A stretch of DNA of 64,000 bases from an uncultured Nitrososphaeria archaeon (GTDB taxonomy: Archaea; Thermoproteota; Nitrososphaeria; JACIWG01): assembly GCA_964448685.1 (NCBI GenBank), contig CAYUWR010000010.1:65144-129143 (forward strand). The letters are read 5' to 3'. Of this stretch, positions 53,642 to 62,763 are shown piece by piece. The notes under the pieces are model-generated. The model was not told the origin of the DNA. It did no database searches and saw nothing but the letters and a program-made list of their open reading frames with translations. A program made the translations under genes and the position numbers. Each line of letters opens with the position of its first letter. The stretch's first letter is position 1.

Positions 53642-56491
53642 ATGAACAGAGAATTCGAGGAAAAATGGGTTGAAGCCTGGCTTCGGCACAGAATATTTGA
53701 GCCAGAAGTGAACCGCTCTCAGGCAAAGGTCTTCGTCAACGCCCCATTTCCGTACATGAATGGGCCACTTCACATAGGACATGCTTTTACATACACCCGA
53801 CTCGACGCCTTCGCAAGATACAAGAGGATGAGAGGATACAATGTGCTCTTCCCATTCGCTTGGCATTGGACAGGCGAGGCCGTCGCAGGACAATCAGTCA
53901 GGCTGATGAAAGGAGACCCTGCCGTCATAAAGGCCTTCGTGGAAATAGATGGCATACCAAAAGAAGAGCTTCCAAAGTTCACTTCCCCATATAATCTTGC
54001 AGAATACTATACAAGGGTCAGCAGGACAGCACTACAGAAACTTGGACTGTCTGTAGACTGGAGTAGAGAATTCTTTACAACAAGCTACAATAAAGGCTTT
54101 AGCAAGTTCATAGAATGGCAGTATCAAAAACTCAGATCGAAGGGGTACGTGATCAGAGGATCCCATCCTGTGGTCTGGTGTCCATCGGACCAGAGTCCAA
54201 CAGGAGACCATGACAGGCTAGAGGGCGAGGGAGTTTCTCCAGAGGAATTCTACATCGTATACTTCAAAATGGAAGACGCCTTCTTGGCAGCAGCCACATT
54301 CAGACCGGAAACAATCTATGGCGCAACAAACGTCTGGATCCTCCCCGAAGGAGAATATGTGAAAGCAAAAGTGGATGGGAGAACACTGATAGTCTCCAAG
54401 GAGTTTGCGCAGAAGATCGTCGACCAAGAGAGGAAGGTGGAAGTCGTCGAAGCATTGAAGGGAGCAGAGCTCGTCGGCAGAAGATGCACCGTCCCCCTTT
54501 CAGGACAGAGCGTGCCAATACTGCCAGCCGGCTTCGTAGACGTCAACTATGGAACAGGCGTCGTATACAGCGTTCCTGCCCATGCACCATACGACTGGTT
54601 AGCACTCAGAGACCTCCAGAGAACACCGCCTGAAGATCTGGAGGAGATCATAAAAGGCATAAAGCCGATTTCAATAATAAAGGTTGAAGGCTTCGGAGAA
54701 TATCCAGCCATCGAGATAGTCGACCAGCTTGGCGTTAGAGACCAAGCAGACAAGCAAGCCGAAAAAGCAACAGAAATAATCTACAGCAAAGAATTCCACA
54801 CTGGAGTCATGAAAGAAAATTGCGGACAACTCAGCGGACTCGCAGTCAAGGACGCCAAGACAAAAGTCGTCGAAGAACTCATATCAGAGGGACTAGGAGA
54901 CAGGATCTACGATCTCCCAGAAGTCGTAAGATGCCGTTGTGGCACAAGATGTATAGTCAAAATCTTGAGGGACCAATGGTTCCTAAACTACAGTGACCTA
55001 CAGTGGAAAGAAAAAGTCAGAAGACATGTTGAATCGATGACGGTTCTACCAGAAGAAGCTAGAGCATGGATACTTGCAACAGTCAACTGGCTGAACAACT
55101 GGCCGTGCACTCGAAAGACAGGCATGGGAACACCACTACCATGGGACAGAGAATGGATAGTTGAAACACTAAGCGATTCGACAATATACATGGCATACTA
55201 TATTGTAAGCAAATATGTGAACAGAGGAGAAATACTTCCCGAACAGATGAGCCCAGAATTCTTTGACTACGTCCTATTGAAGGAAGGGAACATAAACGAC
55301 ATCTCGAAGAAGACGGGTTTAAGCAGCCAAGTCATAAACAGAGTATGCGAAGACTTCGCCTACTGGTATCCAGTAGACCTAAGGAACTCAGCCAAAGAAC
55401 TGATCCCAAACCATTTGACCTTCTTCCTATACCAGCATACCGCAATATTTCCACCCGAATATTGGCCCAAAGGAATAAGCGTAAACGGCATGATAACAAT
55501 AGAGGGGAAAAAGATGTCAAAGTCCAGAGGAATCTTCACGACGATAGCCAAGGAGATGGAGAAGTATGGTGCTGACGTGGTCAGAGCATCTCTAATCTAT
55601 GGCGCAGAACAGATGGATGACCCTGACTGGAATGAAAATATTGCAAAACTCATGCAACAGAAGATAGACAGCCTATACGATATGGTCCTAGAGCTCAGAA
55701 AAAAATCTGTAGAAAGAGAGAGAGGAATATTCGAGAAGCTGCTGCTGGCGGAAGTCAAGAACATGATCGTCTCAGTAGCTGAAAACTTGGAGTCGATGAA
55801 GACAAAGACCGCATTCCAGATCGCCTTCTTTGACATCCAAAACTCAATAAGAAAGTATCTCAGACAGGTGGAAACACCAGAGAAGTCTACAATCGAGGAA
55901 GTCACAGACTACTGGATAAAGGGGTTAGCACCATTTATACCCTTCGTCTGCGAAGAACTGTGGCATCAAATAGGGGGAAAGACGTTTGTCTCGAAGGAAG
56001 CTTGGCCTTCTCTAACCCTCTCCGAAGAAGACATGTCCCTACAGACCCAAAGCCGACTCGTGGAATACCTCATATCGGACATAAGGGAAATTCAGAAGAT
56101 AACTAAGACAGCATCAAAGAAGACGTACATATATGTGGCACCAAAAGAGTTGACTGAAATAGCGTTAGAGTATGTGGCGGCTGTAGAAGAAGGGCTGCCG
56201 CAAAAAGAGGCCATAAAGAGGGCAAGCACTAAGGTGAAGGACAAGAAACTCTTAAGCTACATACCTCAACTGATAAAGCACGTGAATATGGTAGACAAAG
56301 ACCTATTCAGAGAAATAAGAAGAATCAAAGAATTCAGCGAATTCGAGACATATCAGATAAACCTCAAGTACATAGAGAGGGAAACGGAGACCGAAGTGGA
56401 AATTGCCTATTCAAACCAGCCGAAGATCTACGACCCAAAGAACAAGGCAAAGAATGCGCTACCATTCAGGCCAGCAATATACCTCGAATAG
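53642..56491 (+). CDS. leuS: leucyl-tRNA synthetase
   Basis: The class I HIGH motif is PLHIGHAFTY and the KMSKS motif is KKMSKSRG. A CP1 editing insertion is present. Length 949 aa. Confidence 0.95.
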   Translation: MNREFEEKWVEAWLRHRIFEPEVNRSQAKVFVNAPFPYMNGPLHIGHAFTYTRLDAFARYKRMRGYNVLFPFAWHWTGEAVAGQSVRLMKGDPAVIKAFVEIDGIPKEELPKFTSPYNLAEYYTRVSRTALQKLGLSVDWSREFFTTSYNKGFSKFIEWQYQKLRSKGYVIRGSHPVVWCPSDQSPTGDHDRLEGEGVSPEEFYIVYFKMEDAFLAAATFRPETIYGATNVWILPEGEYVKAKVDGRTLIVSKEFAQKIVDQERKVEVVEALKGAELVGRRCTVPLSGQSVPILPAGFVDVNYGTGVVYSVPAHAPYDWLALRDLQRTPPEDLEEIIKGIKPISIIKVEGFGEYPAIEIVDQLGVRDQADKQAEKATEIIYSKEFHTGVMKENCGQLSGLAVKDAKTKVVEELISEGLGDRIYDLPEVVRCRCGTRCIVKILRDQWFLNYSDLQWKEKVRRHVESMTVLPEEARAWILATVNWLNNWPCTRKTGMGTPLPWDREWIVETLSDSTIYMAYYIVSKYVNRGEILPEQMSPEFFDYVLLKEGNINDISKKTGLSSQVINRVCEDFAYWYPVDLRNSAKELIPNHLTFFLYQHTAIFPPEYWPKGISVNGMITIEGKKMSKSRGIFTTIAKEMEKYGADVVRASLIYGAEQMDDPDWNENIAKLMQQKIDSLYDMVLELRKKSVERERGIFEKLLLAEVKNMIVSVAENLESMKTKTAFQIAFFDIQNSIRKYLRQVETPEKSTIEEVTDYWIKGLAPFIPFVCEELWHQIGGKTFVSKEAWPSLTLSEEDMSLQTQSRLVEYLISDIREIQKITKTASKKTYIYVAPKELTEIALEYVAAVEEGLPQKEAIKRASTKVKDKKLLSYIPQLIKHVNMVDKDLFREIRRIKEFSEFETYQINLKYIERETETEVEIAYSNQPKIYDPKNKAKNALPFRPAIYLE

Positions 56492-56566
56492 ACAACAGCA
56501 TAGAAGACGACAACAAATCCCATATAACAGAAAAGGATATATCTTCTTGTAAGTAATTTTCTGTTC

Positions 56567-57331
56567 GTGATAGATATGGCTGAAACCGACTCGGTGTCGA
56601 TCGTCGAAGTCAAGCCTATAGAGCAGAGGAAGAACTTGATGGTGGTAGGCCTTCCAGACATAGGATTGGTAGGGTTAATAGTCGCATCTCACATAGCTTC
56701 CGAGTCAAAGATGCACGAAGTCGGATACGTGGACTCAGAGCTACTCCCTCCAATAGTTACAGTCCACGGAGGCGAAGTTAAGGCTCCAATAAGAATATTC
56801 GAGGACAAGGACATGATCGCAGTCATCTCAGAAATCGCTTTAACGCCGGCGCTCACCATAGAACTGATAAAGGGACTTGCCAGATGGGCCAAAACAAAGA
56901 AGATTCAAATGGTGCTAGGGGCAACAGGAATCCCCGTACCAAACAGACTCGAAATAGAGAAGCCAAACGTGTTAGGTTTGGCTACAACAAGAGAAGCAAA
57001 CAAATATCTCCAGAACAGAAAGGTGCAGATACTACAGGAGGGGATGTTGGTTGGAACATATGCCATACTCGTAAAGGAATGCCTGAGACAGGAGATTCCA
57101 AACGTAACCCTTCTAGCAGAATCATTCGAAGAATTTCCTGATCCCGGAGCCGCTGCATCAATAGTTGAAGCACTAAATAGGGTATTAGACAAGAATATAG
57201 ACGTACAGTCATTGATCGAGAAAGCAGACGAAATCAGAGTCAGAACAAGAGAGCTGATGAGGAGGACACAGCAGCAGATGAAAGGCATGCCGATGGTGCA
57301 GGAGCAGGAGCTCCCAGGAATGTACAGATAG
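56567..57331 (+). CDS. PAC2-family proteasome assembly chaperone (PbaA/PbaB-like)
   Basis: VVGLPDIGLVGLIVASHI at the N-terminus is typical of archaeal PAC2 proteins. Length and helical C-terminus are compatible. Alternative ATG at 56576. Confidence 0.7.
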   Translation: MIDMAETDSVSIVEVKPIEQRKNLMVVGLPDIGLVGLIVASHIASESKMHEVGYVDSELLPPIVTVHGGEVKAPIRIFEDKDMIAVISEIALTPALTIELIKGLARWAKTKKIQMVLGATGIPVPNRLEIEKPNVLGLATTREANKYLQNRKVQILQEGMLVGTYAILVKECLRQEIPNVTLLAESFEEFPDPGAAASIVEALNRVLDKNIDVQSLIEKADEIRVRTRELMRRTQQQMKGMPMVQEQELPGMYR

Positions 57332-57333
57332 AG

Positions 57334-57786
57334 GTGTTGAGAAGATTGTATAGGAGAAGACGTTCCATCTTTGACATGTTCGAAGAACTCAGAAAACAGA
57401 TGGATGAATTCCTACAAGAATCCTTCGAAACATACCCAGAGTACCCCATGCACGACGTGGAAAGACGAGAACTTCAACCACTCACCCAGATCACAGAGAC
57501 AGACGACGAAGTCATAGTAGTAGTTGACCTACCATTTGTAAGCAAAGACACCATAAACACATACGCTACCGAAGACATCCTAAGAATAGAGGCTTCGACA
57601 GTCAGATCGATAAGAATAGAGCCGTGGGGGTCAATTCGAAAAGAAGTCGAATTCGATAAGTTCAGGAAGACCATAAGGCTTCCAGTCGCCGTAAGACCTA
57701 AAGAGGCGAAAGCCAGATTCAAGAACGGAATCCTAGAGGTAAGGTTCCCAAAGAAGATTACAGGTTCCAAAATAGAGATAGAATAA
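57334..57786 (+). CDS. hsp20: small heat-shock protein, Hsp20/alpha-crystallin family
   Basis: Alpha-crystallin domain features are DVERRELQPLTQITETDDEVIVVVDLPFV and the C-terminal AKARFKNGILEVRFPKK. Confidence 0.85.
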   Translation: MLRRLYRRRRSIFDMFEELRKQMDEFLQESFETYPEYPMHDVERRELQPLTQITETDDEVIVVVDLPFVSKDTINTYATEDILRIEASTVRSIRIEPWGSIRKEVEFDKFRKTIRLPVAVRPKEAKARFKNGILEVRFPKKITGSKIEIE

Positions 57787-58069
57787 CATCCATCCTGTCC
57801 ACGATAGTCGGCTATAAACAAAAAGGACTAGGCATGTTTATATCTTCAAACAGCCAAACTATGTGATGATTAAACGACGACAAGACAAATAGAACGCCGT
57901 CAATAAGATATCTCGCATCCTCTGCCTGTAAACATACAGCTAAAAAGACAACTCAAGTACACTATGGTAACTTTATGCCCACAAGCCACAAACTTGGAGC
58001 ATCTCCCGTACCATCCTCTCAATTATTACGCCATACTCTGCTTCTGAAGCCAGAGCCAAGGACCTCAGA

Positions 58070-59155
58070 TCACTTCAATTCTTTCAATGCAATCCACACA
58101 TCATAGACCTCCTTCTTACTACCATCCGCCTTTTTCAGAGCAACTGTTCCAACGTCTGGATTTGAAATGTATCCAGGAATTCCACTGACAGTTGTCTCAT
58201 GCAGGAAAAGCCAGTTGACCATTTCCATGTCAAGCCCCTTTGTCAATTCTAAGAATCTTATCAAGAAGTCAGCTTGATTTTTTTCAGAGTTTGCTCCCAC
58301 AGAACTCCAGCCAATTTCTGTGAACGCAATAGGCTTGTCAGTATATTGCTTTATCCTCAAGTAATAGTCGTCTGGAATCACTTCAGGCGACGAAAACCTT
58401 CGATAAGGGTAAGTCGTTAAACCAACCAGGTCAACCTTATCATTGAATTTTTGGAATAATTCCCATTGGCTGTTCTCAACCAAATGATCATATGAGAATA
58501 CAACCAAGACTTTCGTGTTAGGAGAAACCTCCTTTATTGCAGAATATGCTTCGCCGACCAAGGATAGATAGGAATCCAAGTCTTCCGGATGAAAATAGAA
58601 ATAATCATTCACCTCATTACCAAGTGACAGGTATTCGGGCTTGAATTCCCTCGCGATATTTCTTGCCTCATCAACCCAGGCGCTTCTGAATCCTGAATAT
58701 GACAGACTTGGGGTGATGCCTGCCGGAGCATCAACCACATATTCCAACCCACCAGCCCCCTTCCTTATTGTAGCAAAATTGAGTGTTATGAAAGGCTTCA
58801 ACCCATAAACTCTAACCGCTGTTATTACTTTATTTTGTCTTAGAAGATCGAATTCTCCAATTCCTTGCTTCTCAACCCAGACCATACTTATCTCCGCAAT
58901 TTTTCCTGTCTCTTCATAAGCATTCACAATGTCGTCGAAGCTACTGTATGGAGCATTCGCCGGATTTGGAACAAGACCTATGAGAAAGCTTCTCTTGGAA
59001 ATTGGAATATTCTGTCTTCCCGTTGCTGGCTGTCCAGTCGTCGTTTGAGCCCCAGTCGGCTTCGCCTCAGGCCCTCTAAGGAGCACACTTGCCGTCATAA
59101 AGCCGATTATGAGAACAGCCAAGAGCACCAAGATCACCCGATTTCTTGTAGCCAT
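58070..59155 (-). CDS. membrane-anchored TIM-barrel glycoside hydrolase-like protein (clan GH-A pattern)
   Basis: N-terminal TM anchor (VILVLLAVLIIGFMTASVLL). SLGNEVN is the acid/base NE motif and AFTEIGWSS is a nucleophile TE motif at the spacing expected for clan GH-A. I cannot assign the family. I chose the start at MATRNR (59155); the track start is 59176. Confidence 0.55.
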   Translation of the reverse strand: MATRNRVILVLLAVLIIGFMTASVLLRGPEAKPTGAQTTTGQPATGRQNIPISKRSFLIGLVPNPANAPYSSFDDIVNAYEETGKIAEISMVWVEKQGIGEFDLLRQNKVITAVRVYGLKPFITLNFATIRKGAGGLEYVVDAPAGITPSLSYSGFRSAWVDEARNIAREFKPEYLSLGNEVNDYFYFHPEDLDSYLSLVGEAYSAIKEVSPNTKVLVVFSYDHLVENSQWELFQKFNDKVDLVGLTTYPYRRFSSPEVIPDDYYLRIKQYTDKPIAFTEIGWSSVGANSEKNQADFLIRFLELTKGLDMEMVNWLFLHETTVSGIPGYISNPDVGTVALKKADGSKKEVYDVWIALKELK

Positions 59156-59520
59156 TTGCCAATCTTGACACATCATTTCCCCATCTAAATATTTTGTCTT
59201 TTCCGCCTACGAATAGAGGCCAAGATATCCCACATACTGTATACACCCATCCACAGTTAAAGAAAGGAGAACTATTTTACGATTGAAGGCGAAGGAAAAG
59301 AGGACTAACAGCATGCAGCAGAACACTAAATTTGCCAAGATTCTTATTGGATTCTAGATCATCGCGTGCATATTTGTTTAAAAGGCTAAAAATAGTGGAT
59401 CAGGCGGTACTTATACCTAAGTGGGTCGAGTCCAATCTAGACTTTTATTAGCCCCAAAACAAGACATGTTTACATACAATTTTTTGAAGGGCTTAGTTTC
59501 AACTTGTATTTTCTAGAGCG

Positions 59521-60342
59521 CTATTCGAATGCTTGTAGGAGTAGTCTTATTGCTACTAGTGTGAGTCCGATGCTTAGTAGCCTTTCTATGATCGTGCCTT
59601 TTGTCCGAAGTGAAAGTTTTGCGCCTAGTTGCGCTCCTGCCAGCGCTCCAGCTGCCATGGGGATGGCTAGGTCGAACCTTATGTTGCCTAGTGTAAAATG
59701 TGTGATGGATCCGACGAGTGTGCTGAAGCATAATATGAAGTGTGATGTTGCCGTGGCGATGTGTACTGGAAAGTTTAGTAGGAATATCATGGATGGCACG
59801 TGAACTATTCCTCCGCCTATTCCGAAGATGCTTGATATGAAGCCCACGCCGAAGCTTATGATTAGGCCCACTGGTAGGGAAACGTTGTACTCATAAACTT
59901 TCCCCTTAGAATCGACAACAATCCTATGGTAGCCTTTTCCTGTAGGGTTCTTCTTTTGCTCTTTAACGGGTCTGAGGAGAAGGTATAATGAGGCAGAAAA
60001 CAGTATCAGTGAAAAGAGTATTTTGAAGATGAAGCGTTCAAGATAGTAGGTTGTAATGTATGCGCCGGCAATGGAGCCTGGCACGGTCATCAATGTGAAG
60101 ATAAGCCCAATTCGGATGTCAACCTTCTTCTGCCTCAAGTATGCGATACTTCCTGAGAGGGCGTTGAAGAAGACAAAAAGTAGGCTTGTGCCAGCGGCAA
60201 CATTCGAATCAACATGATATAATATCACCAAGAGGGGTACAGCCAAAAAACCTCCTCCAGCACCTATAAGCGTGCCAAAGACGCCAACTCCAAAACCGAG
60301 CATAGAAAGTGTAACAACTTCAACAGCACTCATATGTAACAC
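59521..60342 (-). CDS. TauE/SafE-family sulfite exporter-like membrane protein
   Basis: 273 aa, eight hydrophobic segments, and duplicated Gly-rich motifs (GTLIGAGGGFLAVPLL and SSIFGIGGGIVHVP) characteristic of TauE/SafE (TSUP) proteins. Confidence 0.85.
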   Translation of the reverse strand: MLHMSAVEVVTLSMLGFGVGVFGTLIGAGGGFLAVPLLVILYHVDSNVAAGTSLLFVFFNALSGSIAYLRQKKVDIRIGLIFTLMTVPGSIAGAYITTYYLERFIFKILFSLILFSASLYLLLRPVKEQKKNPTGKGYHRIVVDSKGKVYEYNVSLPVGLIISFGVGFISSIFGIGGGIVHVPSMIFLLNFPVHIATATSHFILCFSTLVGSITHFTLGNIRFDLAIPMAAGALAGAQLGAKLSLRTKGTIIERLLSIGLTLVAIRLLLQAFE

Positions 60343-60460
60343 CTCTATTGTATATTTTAAAAGGTTTATGTTTTGTAAATATGGCTACTTAACCTAAAAG
60401 TATCATATAAAGGTCGAAAGGCAAATGGTTTGATAACTTCATAAACTTAAGGATATATCT

Positions 60461-60757
60461 TTGAATAATAGGTATAATGTTATATTAGTTGCAATAGATA
60501 GTCTCCGAAAAGATCACGTTGGTTGTTATGGCAACATATGGATAAAAACGCCTAACTTAGATAAGTTATCGAAAATAAGCACCGTATTTGATAATTCCTA
60601 CCGAGAAGCTTTACCGACGATACCTGAAAGAAGAGCCCTTTGGACTGGAAATAGAGTTTTTCCCATTAAAGAATATACACCTAGAAGGGGGATAAAGTTT
60701 TGGTTCTGGATAGGAACCGATACCAGAAATGTCTTCAGCCAACTTGAATCTATATAA
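60461..60757 (+). pseudogene. truncated sulfatase / alkaline-phosphatase-superfamily gene (N-terminal ~98 codons only)
   Basis: NVILVAIDSLRKDHVGCYG is the metal-binding N-terminus. PTIPERRALWTG fits the x-P-x-R-x4-TG sulfatase signature but has Thr at the Cys/Ser position. The ORF stops after 98 codons, whereas family members are typically more than 400 aa, and no continuation is visible in other frames. Confidence 0.5.
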
Positions 60758-60919
60758 AAAAATTAAAATGCACGTTGCATCTTAAGATATCCCTTCTTTA
60801 AAGGATCTCCCCAAATTTTCTGCAGCGAAGAATCCTTTTACCACCACCTGCTGGAAAATGTTCTTCTTTAGTTCTCTAACTCGTGTTCGCCACTTCTGGA
60901 CAACATTTTTTCATATTTG

Positions 60920-61951
60920 TCACCCAAGTTCAATTTTTTCCCATTTTTTCGTTTTGATGGATCTATATCCTGCGTCAAGTATAAGATTTACAATATATCC
61001 ATCTTCAAAGGTTTCGCGAGGCATAATTCCTTTTTTAATACACTCAACAAAATGTTTCATTGCATCAAAATACCCGAGTGTTCTTGGTTCATCTGTAGCA
61101 GGGAACAACCATCCACTATCAATTTCAGATTTTTCTAGAACATATCCTGCATTTTTTAATGTGAACAACTGTATTGCAGAAGTTTTAGTTAAATTGATGA
61201 AGAGTGTTCCATCTGAGCCATAGATTTCATCTCTTAAATCTAGTCCGCCGTGAGCCGACCAACTTGTCTCAGAAAGTGATACCTTTTTTCCCTCGTATTT
61301 TACTACAAGTATAGCATTATCTTCACTTTCAACTGGATGCACCAATGTTTCCCCAAATGCAATTGCTTCCAAAGATTTTACATTTTTTCCAAGAAAATAT
61401 CTTGCAGCTTCAACCGTATGACAACCCATATCTAACATGGCACCGCCCCCAGATAATTTTGGATCCCAAAACCATGCAGAATGCGGCCCAAAATGTCCTT
61501 CTCTGGAACGTATCCAATAAACATCTCCAATAATACCTTTTTCAATGATTTCATGCACCTTCATAACATAAGGTGAAAAAACTCTTGTTTCTGCATAACC
61601 ATGCAAGACTCCCGCCTTTTTAACACTATCTAACATTTCCTTTGCTTCATTAGCATTTATTGCTAGCGGCTTTGTACATACAACATTTTTACCATTTTTT
61701 GCAGAGAGTACAGCTGCCTCTTTATGCAGAAAATTTGGAAGCCCAATAATAACAAGGTCAACATCTTTGTCTTCTACAACCTTTATCATATCCGTTGTCC
61801 ACTTTGGAATCTTCCATTTTTCCGCAAACGCCTTAGCATCTTTTTCGGTACGGGAATAAACATAAACAACTTCTTGATCTTTAATTTCTTTTAGGCTTAG
61901 CATATAAAATGTAGATACAAAACCTGCTCCTAATAATCCAATTTTAACCAA
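60920..61951 (-). CDS. Gfo/Idh/MocA-family oxidoreductase
   Basis: VKIGLLGAGFVS is the Rossmann motif, CTKPL occupies the EKP position, and GGGAMLDMGCH lies in the C-terminal domain. The gene is markedly AT-rich relative to most of the window. Confidence 0.85.
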   Translation of the reverse strand: MVKIGLLGAGFVSTFYMLSLKEIKDQEVVYVYSRTEKDAKAFAEKWKIPKWTTDMIKVVEDKDVDLVIIGLPNFLHKEAAVLSAKNGKNVVCTKPLAINANEAKEMLDSVKKAGVLHGYAETRVFSPYVMKVHEIIEKGIIGDVYWIRSREGHFGPHSAWFWDPKLSGGGAMLDMGCHTVEAARYFLGKNVKSLEAIAFGETLVHPVESEDNAILVVKYEGKKVSLSETSWSAHGGLDLRDEIYGSDGTLFINLTKTSAIQLFTLKNAGYVLEKSEIDSGWLFPATDEPRTLGYFDAMKHFVECIKKGIMPRETFEDGYIVNLILDAGYRSIKTKKWEKIELG

Positions 61952-62589
61952 TTTTTATCACATATGAATTTTTTCTTTACTATTTAAATTTTACATTTTT
62001 TAGGATGCGTTCAACTTATCCATAAATCCAGATGCTAATTATTTTCTTTTTCACCTTTATTCTTTTCATCTTCACCTCCATGTTATCGAGTTAGTACAAC
62101 AAAATATTCAATTTTTATCGTATTTATACGACAAAATTAAAATACAAAGAAGCTGAGGCCCCAATTTCGTACATACAGCTTCGAGGCAGAGTCCTAGGAT
62201 ACCTTTTCAAGACTCGAATATTAAGAAGATAAGAAAATCATGCCATAATAGAATAATTTTAGCAGGCAACGTTGAATGCTACCAGAGGGAAAATGAAGAG
62301 GAACAGTCTCTCTTTGAACGTTCTATAATATTTTTATGCTTTGAGTTGTTCTTAATCATTTCCTTTGAAAATGTTATTTTCGCTTTTTTGGGGTTTTTGT
62401 TTTGAGGATTGATGTTACTGAGCTTATGCTTTCTTGTGGAGGGACTTCTTGGCCTTATTACTTCAATTTTCCCCATCTGCTCCTATTCGCCCACCTTGGA
62501 GATCCTACTACATCTGCAAATCCTCGAACAATTTCCTTCTTCATAGAATCACTTGACTCGAAAATCTGATCTGGAACTTCAAATTAGAG

Positions 62590-62661
62590 TGGACCAGGCG
62601 GGATTCGAACCCGCGACCACCCGCGTGCAAGGCGGGTATTCTACCCCTGAACTACCGGCCC
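62590..62661 (-). tRNA. tRNA-Ala (anticodon UGC), 72 nt, no encoded CCA
   Basis: The reverse strand reads GGGCCGG-TA-GTTC-AGGGGTA-GAAT-A-CCCGC-CTTGCAC-GCGGG-TGGTC-GCGGG-TTCGAAT-CCCGC-CTGGTCC-A. The G3-U70 Ala identity pair is present. Confidence 0.9.
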
Positions 62662-62686
62662 TCTTTTTTAGGTTGTTTAACCAACA

Positions 62687-62694
62687 TATTTATA
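62687..62694 (-). promoter_or_regulatory. TATA box (TATAAATA on the minus strand) 26-33 nt upstream of tRNA-Ala
   Basis: The plus strand reads tatttata at 62687-62694. The spacing to the tRNA 5' end at 62661 fits an archaeal promoter. Confidence 0.5.
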
Positions 62695-62763
62695 CCTGAC
62701 ATCCTCTCACCCCTGAAGGATGTGAGGTTCCAGATTTGTTGGCGCTCTTCATGGTGCCTCATC

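Noticed and set aside
57863-57869. Perfect C-box-like GTGATGA in the hsp20 / GH intergenic region, as a possible C/D-box sRNA
   Set aside because: No CTGA D or D' box lies at the expected spacing of about 12 nt or 50-70 nt on the same strand. The next CTGA is about 170 nt away.
60758-60919. Minus-strand fragment translating to ...KKNIFQQVVVKGFFAAENLGRSFKEGIS* downstream of the Gfo/Idh/MocA gene, as a possible gene remnant
   Set aside because: It is too short and has no recognisable motif. I mention it only as consistent with gene decay in the AT-rich segment.
62279-62476. 65-aa very basic ORF (MGKIEVIRPRSPSTRKHKLSNINPQNKNPKK...) in the AT-rich tract next to tRNA-Ala
   Set aside because: It is low-complexity and Lys/Asn-rich, as expected from random AT-rich sequence, with no motif. 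An adjacent short frame (MKKEIVRGFADVVGSP...) hints at a LAGLIDADG-like or other fragment but is too short to call. I checked all three frames reading from the tRNA 3' end into the tract and found no integrase-like frame.
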